From: an uncultured Chloroflexia bacterium | Lineage (GTDB): Bacteria > Chloroflexota > Anaerolineae > CG2-30-64-16 | Reading direction: 5' to 3' | Assembly: GCA_963810095.1 (NCBI GenBank) | Contig: CAWEMM010000002.1 | Span: forward strand, 128,001-192,000 | DNA length: 64,000 nucleotides | Program-made: the position numbers and the translations under genes | Shown: in pieces, positions 1 to 9,065 of the stretch | Position numbering within the stretch: position 1 is the first letter of the stretch | Layout of the letters: every line of letters begins with the position of its first letter | The notes under the pieces: generated by a model | Told to the model about the DNA's origin: nothing | Databases searched by the model: none | Seen by the model: only the letters and a program-made list of their open reading frames with translations

Positions 1-250
1 GCGGGGGCTCGATCTGACACAGCGGGGTTTGGGCGCCCGGCTCCAGGCCTACCGCCCGATCTTGATCGCCGTGGTGATCGGCGCGCTCCGTCACGGCGAA
101 CGGCTGGGCTGGGCGCTCGAAGCGCGCGCGCTGGGTGCCGCGAAGCGCCGGACGACATTCCGGCCGCTGCGCCTGCACCGTGACGACGTCTTCGTGCTGG
201 CCTTCTTGGGCCTGGTTCTGGTGCTAGGGGTGGCCTTGCGCCTCATGTAA
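1..250 (+). CDS. ecfT: Energy-coupling factor transporter transmembrane component T (3' end, partial)
   Basis: C-terminal ...GWALEARALG...RRTTFRPLRLHRDD plus a hydrophobic helix matches the EcfT C-terminal ARG-type motif; 5' end lies outside the window. Confidence 0.7.
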   Translation, partial: RGLDLTQRGLGARLQAYRPILIAVVIGALRHGERLGWALEARALGAAKRRTTFRPLRLHRDDVFVLAFLGLVLVLGVALRLM

Positions 251-299
251 CAGTGTATTGAATATCACTTAACTGCATGTCTTCCGTGGTACACTGAGG

Positions 300-390
300 T
301 CACCAACGGGTCGGGGTTAGGCAGGGCTGGCAGTGCCTAACTTCGACCCAGTCATTTAAGAGCCCTGGGCGACGCGGCCGGGCTTGTTTT
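300..390 (+). ncRNA. Candidate small structured RNA (16-bp hairpin plus intrinsic-terminator-like hairpin)
   Basis: TGnTACACT extended -10 at 287-295; stem GGGTCGGGGTTAGGCA (308-323) / TGCCTAACTTCGACCC (334-349) with two G-U pairs; hairpin 361-384 followed by TGTTTT. No known family recognised. Confidence 0.4.
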
Positions 391-417
391 GACACGCCGC
401 CTTCAAACGGGTACAAT
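389..417 (+). promoter_or_regulatory. Sigma70-type promoter for tRNA-Arg
   Basis: TTGACA (389-394), 17 bp, TACAAT (412-417), 15 bp upstream of the tRNA. Confidence 0.85.
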
Positions 418-432
418 GTCGGCATTCAAGAG

Positions 433-504
433 GCCCCCATAGCTCAGTGGATAGAGCGCTAGCCTCCGGAGCTAGAAGCGCAGGTTCGAGTCCTGCTGGG
501 GGTA
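433..504 (+). tRNA. tRNA-Arg (anticodon CCG)
   Basis: Cloverleaf: acceptor GCCCCCA/TGGGGGT, D arm AGCTCAGTGGATAGAGC, anticodon arm CTAGC-CTCCGGA-GCTAG, T arm GCAGG-TTCGAGT-CCTGC; CCA not encoded. Confidence 0.97.
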
Positions 505-508
505 CTGG

Positions 509-548
509 GCCCTCGCATCCAGCATGGCTGGGGCGGGGGCTTTTTGTT
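509..548 (+). terminator. Intrinsic terminator after tRNA-Arg
   Basis: GC-rich hairpin GCCCTCGC..CCAGC-ATG-GCTGG..GCGGGGGC followed by TTTTTGTT. Confidence 0.7.
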
Positions 549-753
549 GCCTCACCCTCGGACAACTAAACGTGATCCGGAAGGTTTCGTTTAGCATCGC
601 ATCTACCAAACGCCCCAAACGTTCGCTCAATTGAGCCAAGCTGGTTTCGCTCCAACCCCACGCGGCCCGCCGTCGCACCTCTAGACCACGCGCTCGGTTC
701 TCACGACGAGCGCCGGCGCTGCGGCGATACCATAGCGGACAAGGAGACAACCG

Positions 754-1278
754 ATGTCCATCTTCAAACGCGAACCGGAACCCGAGTATAACCGGGCTGC
801 AGCGGCCCGAACCGCCGCACTCCCGGCTGCGCCACCCCGGGAATCCACACCGGCGCCCTCGGGAGCCGTGCCCACTCCAACGCCATCCGCACCCGTCACG
901 GGGCAGGCAGCCGCACCGGCCGCCCCCGTCGCGCGGGAAGCCGCAGCGGTCATAGACCGCCAAACCGAAATCACAGGCACCCTTCACTCCTCAGGCAACG
1001 TACTCATCGAAGGACGTTTTCACGGTGAGGTGGAAGCCAACGAGACGGTATGGGTGGAGAACGGCGCCCAGAGCGACGGGCAGTTGCGAGCGTCCGATGC
1101 GGTCATCTCGGGCGCCGTAGACGGCCAGATTGCGTGCGGCCACCGGCTGCAGATTGCAGCAAGCGCCGTCGTGAGCGGCGAGATCAAGACCCCGGTGTTG
1201 GTCATCGAGGACGGCGCGACAGTCAACTGCCGTTTCAGCATGACACGCCCGGGCATCGCTTACGGAGGGATCCGATGA
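754..1278 (+). CDS. Bactofilin (polymer-forming cytoskeletal protein)
   Basis: SD AAGGAG; Pro/Ala-rich N-terminus, then the bactofilin beta-helix pattern (VIDRQTEITGTL..IEGRFHGEV..ISGAVDGQI..VSGEIKTPVLVIEDGATVN). Confidence 0.9.
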   Translation: MSIFKREPEPEYNRAAAARTAALPAAPPRESTPAPSGAVPTPTPSAPVTGQAAAPAAPVAREAAAVIDRQTEITGTLHSSGNVLIEGRFHGEVEANETVWVENGAQSDGQLRASDAVISGAVDGQIACGHRLQIAASAVVSGEIKTPVLVIEDGATVNCRFSMTRPGIAYGGIR

Positions 1279-1832
1279 CGACAATGACGGCGGTCGCAAC
1301 TGCGGCCAAATCGACAGCGCCCACGGCCGGGATCGAACCGAGCGAAAGTCGCATCGACAAGGATTCGCACTTCAACGGCCTGTACGAGACGAAGCAAAAC
1401 CTGCGCATCGAAGGGTTGGCCGAGGGTGAAATCCAGTGCGAGGGGACGCTGACCGTGGCCGAAGGGGCCCGCGTGAAGGCCAAGGTCACGGCAAGCACCA
1501 TCACGATCGCGGGCGAACTCGACGGCGAGGTCTTGTGCCACGGGGTGTTCCAGATTATGCCCAGCGGCCAGGTGTCGGCCTCAGTCTCTGCCCGCAGGCT
1601 CATCGTGCAGGAGGGCGGCCTCTACAACGGCGAGTTCCGCATGATCACGGAGGGTGCAAAGACCGGCACGTTCAGCAGTTCCTCGCCCGCCGGTGACCAC
1701 CGCGGCTCGCCGTCCGATGGGTCGTCGCTCGATGCGCTGAGCACGGAAGATTGGTGGCGCAAGCTGACCGCCGAGGATAAGCACGACGAGGATGCGGCGG
1801 ATCACACCGAACCGGATCGCAGCGAATCGTAA
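1275..1832 (+). CDS. Second bactofilin
   Basis: ATGA overlap with the upstream gene, SD GGAGG; IDKDSHFNG..LRIEGLAEGEI..ITIAGELDGEV..LIVQEGGLYNGEFRM. Confidence 0.9.
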   Translation: MTTMTAVATAAKSTAPTAGIEPSESRIDKDSHFNGLYETKQNLRIEGLAEGEIQCEGTLTVAEGARVKAKVTASTITIAGELDGEVLCHGVFQIMPSGQVSASVSARRLIVQEGGLYNGEFRMITEGAKTGTFSSSSPAGDHRGSPSDGSSLDALSTEDWWRKLTAEDKHDEDAADHTEPDRSES

Positions 1833-1849
1833 GGGCGGGCAAGACCGCG

Positions 1850-1885
1850 AGGAAACCTGGCTTCTCAAGAAAAGCCAGGTTTCCT
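1850..1885. repeat. REP-like hairpin, GAAACCWGG family
   Basis: AGGAAACCTGGCTT-N8-AAGCCAGGTTTCCT between convergent genes; related copies at 9021, 36136 and 56653. Confidence 0.75.
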
Positions 1886-1914
1886 GCCGCTTGGCCAGCC
1901 TCGGCGGCGACCTA

Positions 1915-2886
1915 TTAGGCCAGGGGTTTCTCCCACTGGAGCCAGCCGGGTAGACGGCGATAGCCGAGCTTCTCGTTCAGGCGCAGAATCGCGGAGTTTT
2001 CCGTGTCGTTGTGCGTGCGCGCTTCCTTGTAGCCCCGCTCTTTGAGCGCCTGCAGGGACGCCAGCTTGATCGCCAGCGCCAGCCCGTGGTTGCGGTGCTC
2101 TCGCAGAATCCCTGTCGAGTTGGTGATCGCCGGGCCGTCCTTAAGCAACTCCACGGTCGTCTCGCCGACGATTTCGTCGCCCTGCGCGGCCAGGAAGATG
2201 TAGGCCGGGTCGTTGGTCGGGCCTTCCAGCCCCTTGTGCCACTGATCATACTCGAGGTTGATGCGCGCGCCGCCCGGCAGCGGAACGTCCTGCACGGACT
2301 CCTTGAACACCTCGTACAACTGGCGGTCGGCGTCCGCACGCTCGGCGCGCAGGGCGGCCAGGGTCACGATACGGTATCCTTGAGATTCCACCCGTTCCAA
2401 CGCACCCGGGAAACGCGCAACATCGAACTGCGCCAGGTCGATCGCTTGCTCGAATCGGATGCCGAATTGGGTGAAGCCTGCGGCTTCGAAGAAGCGAATG
2501 CTGTGTGACTGGCTCTCGCGGCAATCGGACCACAGCTTCTCTGCACGCTGTTCGCGCGCGTACGCTTCGTGTCGCGCCAGCAACGCCTGCCCGATGCCCC
2601 GTTTCCGCCAGTCGGGATGCACCAGCCCGTAGACGATGTAGACGCCCGGCGCGCTGGACCAGAACGGTTTTTCGCACGCGCCCATTCCGATCAGGTGGCC
2701 GTTGGCATCCTCGACCGCCAGCCGCAGCCGGGGATTATCCTGCGGATAGCTGTGCTCCCAGTGCAGCTCTTGTTCCAGCGTGGTCGGCTCGTCGTGATAC
2801 TCGAGATTCACGATGTCGACCCAGGCAGGGATATCCGACTCGCGGTACTCCCGCAAGCGCCACTTGTCCGTCGGCTCATGAGTCAT
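1915..2886 (-). CDS. Tandem GNAT family N-acetyltransferase
   Basis: Two acetyl-CoA-binding motifs (VHPDWRKRGIGQAL; TGILREHRNHGLA) and NSAILRLNEKLGY; SD GAGGAGG. Confidence 0.9.
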   Translation of the reverse strand: MTHEPTDKWRLREYRESDIPAWVDIVNLEYHDEPTTLEQELHWEHSYPQDNPRLRLAVEDANGHLIGMGACEKPFWSSAPGVYIVYGLVHPDWRKRGIGQALLARHEAYAREQRAEKLWSDCRESQSHSIRFFEAAGFTQFGIRFEQAIDLAQFDVARFPGALERVESQGYRIVTLAALRAERADADRQLYEVFKESVQDVPLPGGARINLEYDQWHKGLEGPTNDPAYIFLAAQGDEIVGETTVELLKDGPAITNSTGILREHRNHGLALAIKLASLQALKERGYKEARTHNDTENSAILRLNEKLGYRRLPGWLQWEKPLA

Positions 2887-3108
2887 GGTGCCCTCCTCGA
2901 TGCAAGATGAGACTATAGCACCAACCCGCGCCAGTGTCTATGCGGCGGCAGAGACATGTCGGACGCGCGAGGAAGCGGGATTGCATACCGCCCCCTTTAG
3001 GCCCCATATACTGTAACTAAGGCTCGACTCGGCGCTGCTGGAGGTGGAGCTGGATTCGGGCTGAGCATGTGAGTGAGTGTCAGAGGTGAAGGAAGAGGGG
3101 TGGAGTCG

Positions 3109-4076
3109 ATGTCTGAGCATACGAGTTTCCCGTCGCCCGCAGAGCTGAAAGATGCGCTGGGCGAGAACCAATACATCGCGAGCGACGAAATCGCCACGAT
3201 CATGTACCTGAGCCAGCAGCTGGGCAAGCCACTGCTGACCGAGGGTCCCGCGGGCGTCGGTAAGACCGAGCTCGCTAAGGCAATTGCGGGCGCGACCGGG
3301 CGCGAACTCATCCGGCTTCAGTGCTACGAGGGCCTGGACGAGACCAAGGCCCTGTACGAGTGGGAGTACGCCAAGCAGTTGCTCTACACGCAGCTGCTGC
3401 GCGACAAGCTGCAAGAGACGCTTATCGAGCGCTACCAGCCTGTCCGAGGCCGCCGACAAGCTCGCGGGCGAAGAGGATGTTTTCTTCTCCATGCGCTTCT
3501 TGCTCCAGCGGCCGCTGCTGCGCGCGATCCTGAGCGAGAAGCCGACGGTCCTTCTCATCGACGAGATCGACCGGGCCGACGCCGAGTTCGAAGCCTTCCT
3601 GCTGGAAGTGCTGAGCGACTTCCAGGTGAGCGTGCCCGAGCTTGGCACGCTGCAGGCGGTCCATCGCCCGCTGGTGCTCCTGACGAGCAATAATACCCGC
3701 GAGCTGAGCGAGGCGCTCAAGCGTCGCTGCCTCTATCTCTTCATCGACTACCCCGACGTGGAGCAGGAGCTGGCCGTTGTCCGGCTGAAGGTGCCCGAGC
3801 TGGCGCCTAAGCTGGCGCGCCAGGCGGTCGAGCTGGTGCAGCGGCTGCGCAACATGGACCTGCGCAAGTCGCCGAGCATCTCGGAGACGCTGGACTGGGC
3901 CAAGGCGCTGGTCACGCTGAATCGCGCGGGCCCTGGACGCGCAGACCCTGGAGACGACGATGAGCGTCCTCCTAAAGCACGAGACCGACCTGCAGCGCGT
4001 GAAGAACGAAATGAACCGGCCTGCTGAGCGACCCCGCTTCGACGACGAGATGGGACGCTACCGCCGGCTGAATTGA
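3109..4076 (+). CDS. MoxR family AAA+ ATPase (CoxD-like), frameshifted near 3430 and 3930
   Basis: Walker A EGPAGVGKT, LIRLQCYEGLD, Walker B LLIDEIDRAD, LTSNNTRELSEALKRRC; pieces in adjacent frames. Confidence 0.9.
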
Positions 4077-4083
4077 GCGCACG

Positions 4084-5463
4084 ATGGACGATCGGATAGC
4101 GAAATTCATCTCGGCATTGCGTGGGCGGCGGCGTACGCGTCAGCCTGGCCGAGAGCGCCGATGCGTTCCGCGCAATCGAAGAGTTGGGCGTCATGGACCG
4201 CGAGGTTTTCCGCTTGGGCCTGCGCACGACGTTGGTCAAGGAGGCAGACGATCTGCCGACCTTTGACGAAATGTTCCCGCTCTTCTTCGGGGTAAGCGAG
4301 GCGCCGCCGCTGATGAACCTGGCGGAGGACCTGACGCCCGAGGAAGCGGAGATGCTGGCGGACGCGCTCAAGCAGTTCACCGAACGGCTGCGCGATATGC
4401 TGGAGCGGATGATCCAGGGCAAGCCGCTGAGCCAGCAGGAACTCGACCAACTCGGCCAGATGGTGGGGCTGAACCGGGCCGACAACCTGCGCCAGAAGGA
4501 ATGGATGGCGCGGCGCATGGCGCAGGCGCTGAAGTTCAAGGACGTGCAGGAGGCGCTCGAAAAGCTGCAGGAACTGTTGGCCCAGATGGGCATGAACAAG
4601 CAGCGGATCGACCAGATGCGCCAGATCCTCCAGTCGAATCAGCAGTCGATGATGGAGCAGCTCCGCAACCATGCGGGTCAGCAGATCGCGGAGAACATGG
4701 CAGAGAGCCGGCCGGAAGACAACGTCGACGCGCTGATGAACCGGCCCTTCAACGCCCTGTCCGACAAGGATATGGACATCCTTCGCAAGGAGGTTGGGCG
4801 CTGGCCGCCCGGCTTCGCAGCCGTGTTGCCCTGCGCCAGAAACGCGCGAAGACCGGCAACATCGACGCCAAGCGTACGATCCGCGCGAACCTCAAGCATG
4901 GCAGCGTGCCGATCGACATCAAGCATCGGGATCGCACGCTCAAGCCGAAGCTGGTCGTTATCTGCGATATCAGCACTTCCATGCGCCCGGTCTCCGAGCT
5001 GATGCTGAGCCTGCTCTACGCGCTGCAGGACCAGATCTCGAAGACCCATGCGTTCGCCTTCATCGACCGGCTGGAGTACGTCTCACCCGACTTCCAGACG
5101 AAGGAAGCGCGCGAGGCGGTCAGCGACGTGCTGCTCCGGATGCCGTCCGGCTACTACAACACCGACCTGGGCGGCAGCCTGGCCGAGTTCAACCATGACT
5201 ACATGGACACGGTCGACGGCCGGACCACCTTCATCGTCGTGGGCGACGGGCGGAACAACTACAACGACCCGCGCCTCGACCTGTTCCGCAACATCGCGCA
5301 GCGCACGCGCACGACGCTGTGGATCAACCCGGAAGCGCCCGCGCTGTGGAGCACGGGCGACAGCGACATGCTGAAGTACGCGCCTTCTGCGACACGGTCG
5401 TGCAGGTCAACACCCTGGCCGAACTCGCGGCCGCGGTTGACAAGACTGCTGGTGACGCGCTAG
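4084..5463 (+). CDS. vWA domain protein (CoxE-like), frameshifted
   Basis: MIDAS-like ICDISTSM, VGDGRNNYNDP, LWINPE; directly downstream of the MoxR ATPase; frame changes near 4120 and 4795. Confidence 0.88.
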
Positions 5464-5485
5464 AGTCAGGCCGGCTGGCTTCTGG

Positions 5486-5521
5486 ATGGCGGCCCTCCCT
5501 GCCGGGAGAGCCGCCATTTTG
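5486..5521 (+). terminator. Intrinsic-terminator-like hairpin after the vWA gene
   Basis: ATGGCGGC-CCTCCC-TGCC-GGGAG-AGCCGCCAT followed by TTT. Confidence 0.55.
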
Positions 5522-5628
5522 TCATCTGGTGTGGCATCGTAAGCACAAGACGCGCGACGCAAGGCTCTCAGCAAGCCTTCGTGTCTTCGTGACTTTGGTA
5601 AAGCGCACCGTTTGACGAAGGGGGATTC

Positions 5629-7051
5629 ATGAAGATCACGTTTCACGGCGCGGCCCAGGAAGTTACGGGCTCCATGCACCTCATCGAGGTCAACGGCAAG
5701 CGTTTGCTGCTCGATACGGGCATGTTCCAGGGCCGGCGTGACGAGACCTATCAGCGCAACCTCAACTTCCCCTTCGACCCCAAGACAATCGACGCGCTCG
5801 TGCTCAGCCACGCACACATCGACCACTCCGGCAACATCCCCAACCTGGTGAAGCAGGGCTTTGCCGGTAATGTCTGGTGCACGCCGGCGACCCGCAACCT
5901 GAGCGTGTACATGCTGCTGGACAGCGGGCACATCCAGGAGAGCGACGACGGAGTACCTCAACAAGCGGCGCAAGCGTGACGGCTATCCGTTGGTCGAGCC
6001 CCTGTACACACAGGCCGATGCGCAGGAGAGCCTGACCCACTTTGTCAGCGTCGGCCTCCATCGTCCCATCACCGTGGTCGACGGTGTCCAGGCGACGTTC
6101 TACAACGCGGGTCACATCCTCGGGTCGGCCTGGGTCGTCCTCGATATCAACGAGTTCTCCACCGGGAAGCAGTGGCGGCTGTTCTACAGCGGCGACCTCG
6201 GCCGGCCCGACATGCCCATCCTGATCGATCCGGAGACCGCCCGACGCGGCCGGCAAAGCCGACATCTTGATCATGGAGAGCACCTACGGCGGGCGGCTGC
6301 ATCCGATCGCGCGGGGAGGCGATGAAGCAGCTGCAGGACGTCGTGCGGGAGACAGTGCGGCGCCGCGGCAAAGTGATCATCCCGTCGTTCGCCGTCGGGC
6401 GCACGCAGGAGATTGTCTACGCCTTGAATGAGCTCGCAGCCGGAGGGCGATATCCCGCACCTGCCGGTCTTCGTCGACAGCCCGCTCGCCGTCAACGCGA
6501 CCGAGGTGTTCCGCCTGCATCCGGAGGAGTGGGACGAAGAGGTGCGGACGTTTTTGCAGGAGGAGAACCGCCGTAACCCATTCGATGCGCCCAACGTGCA
6601 ATATGTGCGCGACGCGGTGGAGAGCAAGCGGCTCAATTACCTGAAAGACCCCGCCATCATCATCAGCGCGAACGGCATGGCGGAAAATGGGCGTATCCTG
6701 CACCACTTGAAGAACAACATCGAGGAGCCGGAGAACACGATCCTGTTCGTCAGCTTCCAGGCGGAGAATACCCTGGGTCGCCGGTTAAGCGGCGGCGCGG
6801 CTGGCGGGTGAAGATTCTGGGTGAGGAGTACGACGTCCGGGCAAAGGTGGTCAGCATCGAGGGCTATTCCGCGCACGCGGACCAGGCCGAACTGCTTGCC
6901 TGGGCGCGGCCGTTGGATCGCGAGCGGCTGCAGAAAACATTCCTGGTCCATGGCGAGCCGCAATCGGCCGAGGCGCTGGCCGACAAGCTGCGCGGCGGAG
7001 CAGATGAAGGATGTGCGGGTCCCGCAGCGCGGGGAGATTGCCGAGTTCTAA
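5629..7051 (+). CDS. MBL-fold beta-CASP metallo-hydrolase / RNase, multiply frameshifted
   Basis: [64 protein letters not shown]; fragments across several frames. Confidence 0.9.
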
Positions 7052-7096
7052 GTACAAACACAAGCAAAACCATCAGCGGATGCCGAATGATTGTGT

Positions 7097-7154
7097 GGCG
7101 GGGGCGCCCTTGCCCCCGCCGCCCCCGACCAGGGGCTGCGCCCCTTGGAACCCC
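7097..7154. repeat. Double GC-rich hairpin (REP/MITE-like GGGGCTGCGCCCC element)
   Basis: GGCGGGGGC-N6-GCCCCCGCC, then CCAGGGGC-TGC-GCCCCTTGG-AACCCC, in the gap between convergent genes. Confidence 0.5.
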
Positions 7155-7319
7155 AAAGGCAACGCTGCAGGTTCGTGTTCGCCCGGCTAAGTCACCGTAC
7201 GGGGGATGAGGCATGGGCGGCAGGAACCATGCGTGGGTGTAACCACCACTGTGTGAGAAGCGATCATGACCGCCCTCGGCACTGCCAGGGGCATGACGGT
7301 CAAGAGGCAGCGGGCCGGC

Positions 7320-8035
7320 TCAGGCGTCCGGGATGATTTCGACTCCCTGGGAGCCAAAGTAGCGGAAAGCCTTCTCGAACTCCGCGTACTTGATAAAGCG
7401 GTTGTGGCCCTTGGCGCCACCCCCCTTGTAGAAGCCCCACGCGCTGCCGTCGAAGACGTACGGGTCGTCGATGACGACCCACCGGCCGTCGCTGCTGAAG
7501 CCCTTGACCACGATAAAATGGCCGTAAGTGTAGTCGTGGAACCGGCCGTAGCGGCGGGCCGGGTCGGTCGCGGGCTTGAGGTAATCCGCACCCGCGCCGA
7601 TATAGCCCATGTAGAGGATGGCGAGCACGGGGTGGTCGCGTGTGCCGACCGCCGCCTTTAATTCCTTCATCGTGGACGTCTTCTTGTAGTCCACGCCCCA
7701 GTGGTCGAGCACCCGGTACGCGTCGTTGAAGTCCGTCCCCCGGCACGACTTCCCGCTCACGTACTGCCCGCACGTCCTTGATGGCGATCCAGGTGTCCTT
7801 AGCATAGCCGATGGCGGCTGCAAAGACGGCCGGTCCGCAGTTGGCGCTGGCGCATGCGCCCGAGTCCTGCGAGCCCTGGTAGCGGTAGTAGTAAGTATCG
7901 GCGATGGCCGAAGGCGCGCCGGTCAGCGGGTCTGCGAGGGCAGCCTGCGCGGCCGGCACACCCACCGCACCGAACAGCGATGGCGACAAGAAACACGCTG
8001 CGCAGCAGCAAGGACCGAACGTAGGCAGCTTGCAC
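7320..8035 (-). CDS. Secreted C39-like cysteine peptidase, frameshifted
   Basis: Signal-peptide-like start; YQGSQD..ANCGPAVFAAA (catalytic Cys) and GHFIVVKGF..VVIDDPY (His, Asp) in adjacent frames. Confidence 0.75.
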
Positions 8036-8218
8036 CGGGACTCCCCCATAGCGATTGATAGTACGATTTTACGGTAGGCCGCGGCGGCGTCAAGCGACGG
8101 GCACACCGCGGACGGGTTTCTGTTACAGGGCGAACGCATCCTGAGCCGTTTTGCTATTTGACGGGACGCAGTCGCAGGACGTTCCGCCCCCGATACCCCA
8201 AACCGGAGATTCCGGCGA

Positions 8219-9001
8219 TCACTCCACCGGCGTGAGCCAGCGCGTCTTGGTGTCCCCTTCGGCGGCCCAGCCGTTGACCGTGTCGCTCTGCAACTCCCAC
8301 CAGACGAGCCCATCCTGCTGAACGGGCCCGCTCTTGATCGTGAATAGCGTGCCCCTCGGCACCTTGGCGACGGCTCGAGCGCCCTTGGCGGCATCCTGCC
8401 GGACGGTGAGCACCTGCGTCGACTCGGTCGTCACCTGCACGCGGTCGCCGACCTCGATCGCCCGCTCCACCAACTTGAGCGGCGCCGGGGTGGCTGTGGC
8501 TGCTGCGGCGGCCGCCCCGCCCTGCTGTTCCTCGATCTTCAGCCACGGATCGTTGGCGGGGCCGGCAGCGACCCAGCCGGTGACGCCGCCCCCTGCGTCC
8601 ACCCGATACCAGTCGTAGTTGTCTGCCTGCTTGGGGCCTTCCAGGATGGTGGCGACCGCACCGGTGTTCAGGTTGCCTACCTTCTTCCCCTTGGCGCTGG
8701 CCGAGTCGCGGAGGTTCAGCCCACCGCTGGCCGCAACGCGGACCTGGCGCACCGCCGCCGCAGCGGGAGTGGGCGCAACGGTGGCGGTAGGCGGCGCAGC
8801 CTCTGCGGCTGCCTCAGTGGGCGCTGCGGTCGGCTCGAGTGTCGAGGCAAAGACGCGGGTGGGTTGTTCGGTCTGCGCTTCGCCGGGCTCGAGCGTGGGC
8901 GTCGGGGTGACGCGTACCTGGAATCCGCCACATGCCAGCGAGGCTGAAATCAACACAACGATGGGGAGGAGGAGCGCCCAACCTCGTCGATGTTGCATCA
9001 T
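8219..9001 (-). CDS. Lipoprotein with two bacterial SH3-like domains
   Basis: Lipobox SLAC; Pro/Thr/Ala linker; two repeats GLNLRDSAS..GPKQADNYDWYRV..GWVA and LTVRQDA..GPVQQDGLVWWEL..GWAA. Confidence 0.85.
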   Translation of the reverse strand: MMQHRRGWALLLPIVVLISASLACGGFQVRVTPTPTLEPGEAQTEQPTRVFASTLEPTAAPTEAAAEAAPPTATVAPTPAAAAVRQVRVAASGGLNLRDSASAKGKKVGNLNTGAVATILEGPKQADNYDWYRVDAGGGVTGWVAAGPANDPWLKIEEQQGGAAAAAATATPAPLKLVERAIEVGDRVQVTTESTQVLTVRQDAAKGARAVAKVPRGTLFTIKSGPVQQDGLVWWELQSDTVNGWAAEGDTKTRWLTPVE

Positions 9002-9020
9002 CCTGCCCTCCGTAGATTTA

Positions 9021-9053
9021 AGAGACCAGGTTCCTTCAGGAAACCTGGTCTCT
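9021..9053. repeat. REP-like hairpin, GAAACCWGG family
   Basis: AGAGACCAGGTT-N9-AACCTGGTCTCT just after the argS stop. Confidence 0.7.
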
Positions 9054-9065
9054 CCTCGGACGGAA

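Noticed and set aside
300-390. Pistol ribozyme, ZTP or preQ1 riboswitch assignment
   Set aside because: Only short word similarities (TTAAG..GCCCT..GCG, CTGGGCG, AGGGCTGGC); stem and loop architecture does not fit these consensus models
433-560. tRNA-anchored genomic island or prophage at tRNA-Arg or tRNA-Val
   Set aside because: No integrase, no duplicated tRNA 3' end and no compositional shift downstream
565-596. SRP RNA suggested by CCGGAAGG in a hairpin loop
   Set aside because: Lacks the flanking CAGG...AGCAG symmetric loop and long stem of SRP helix 8
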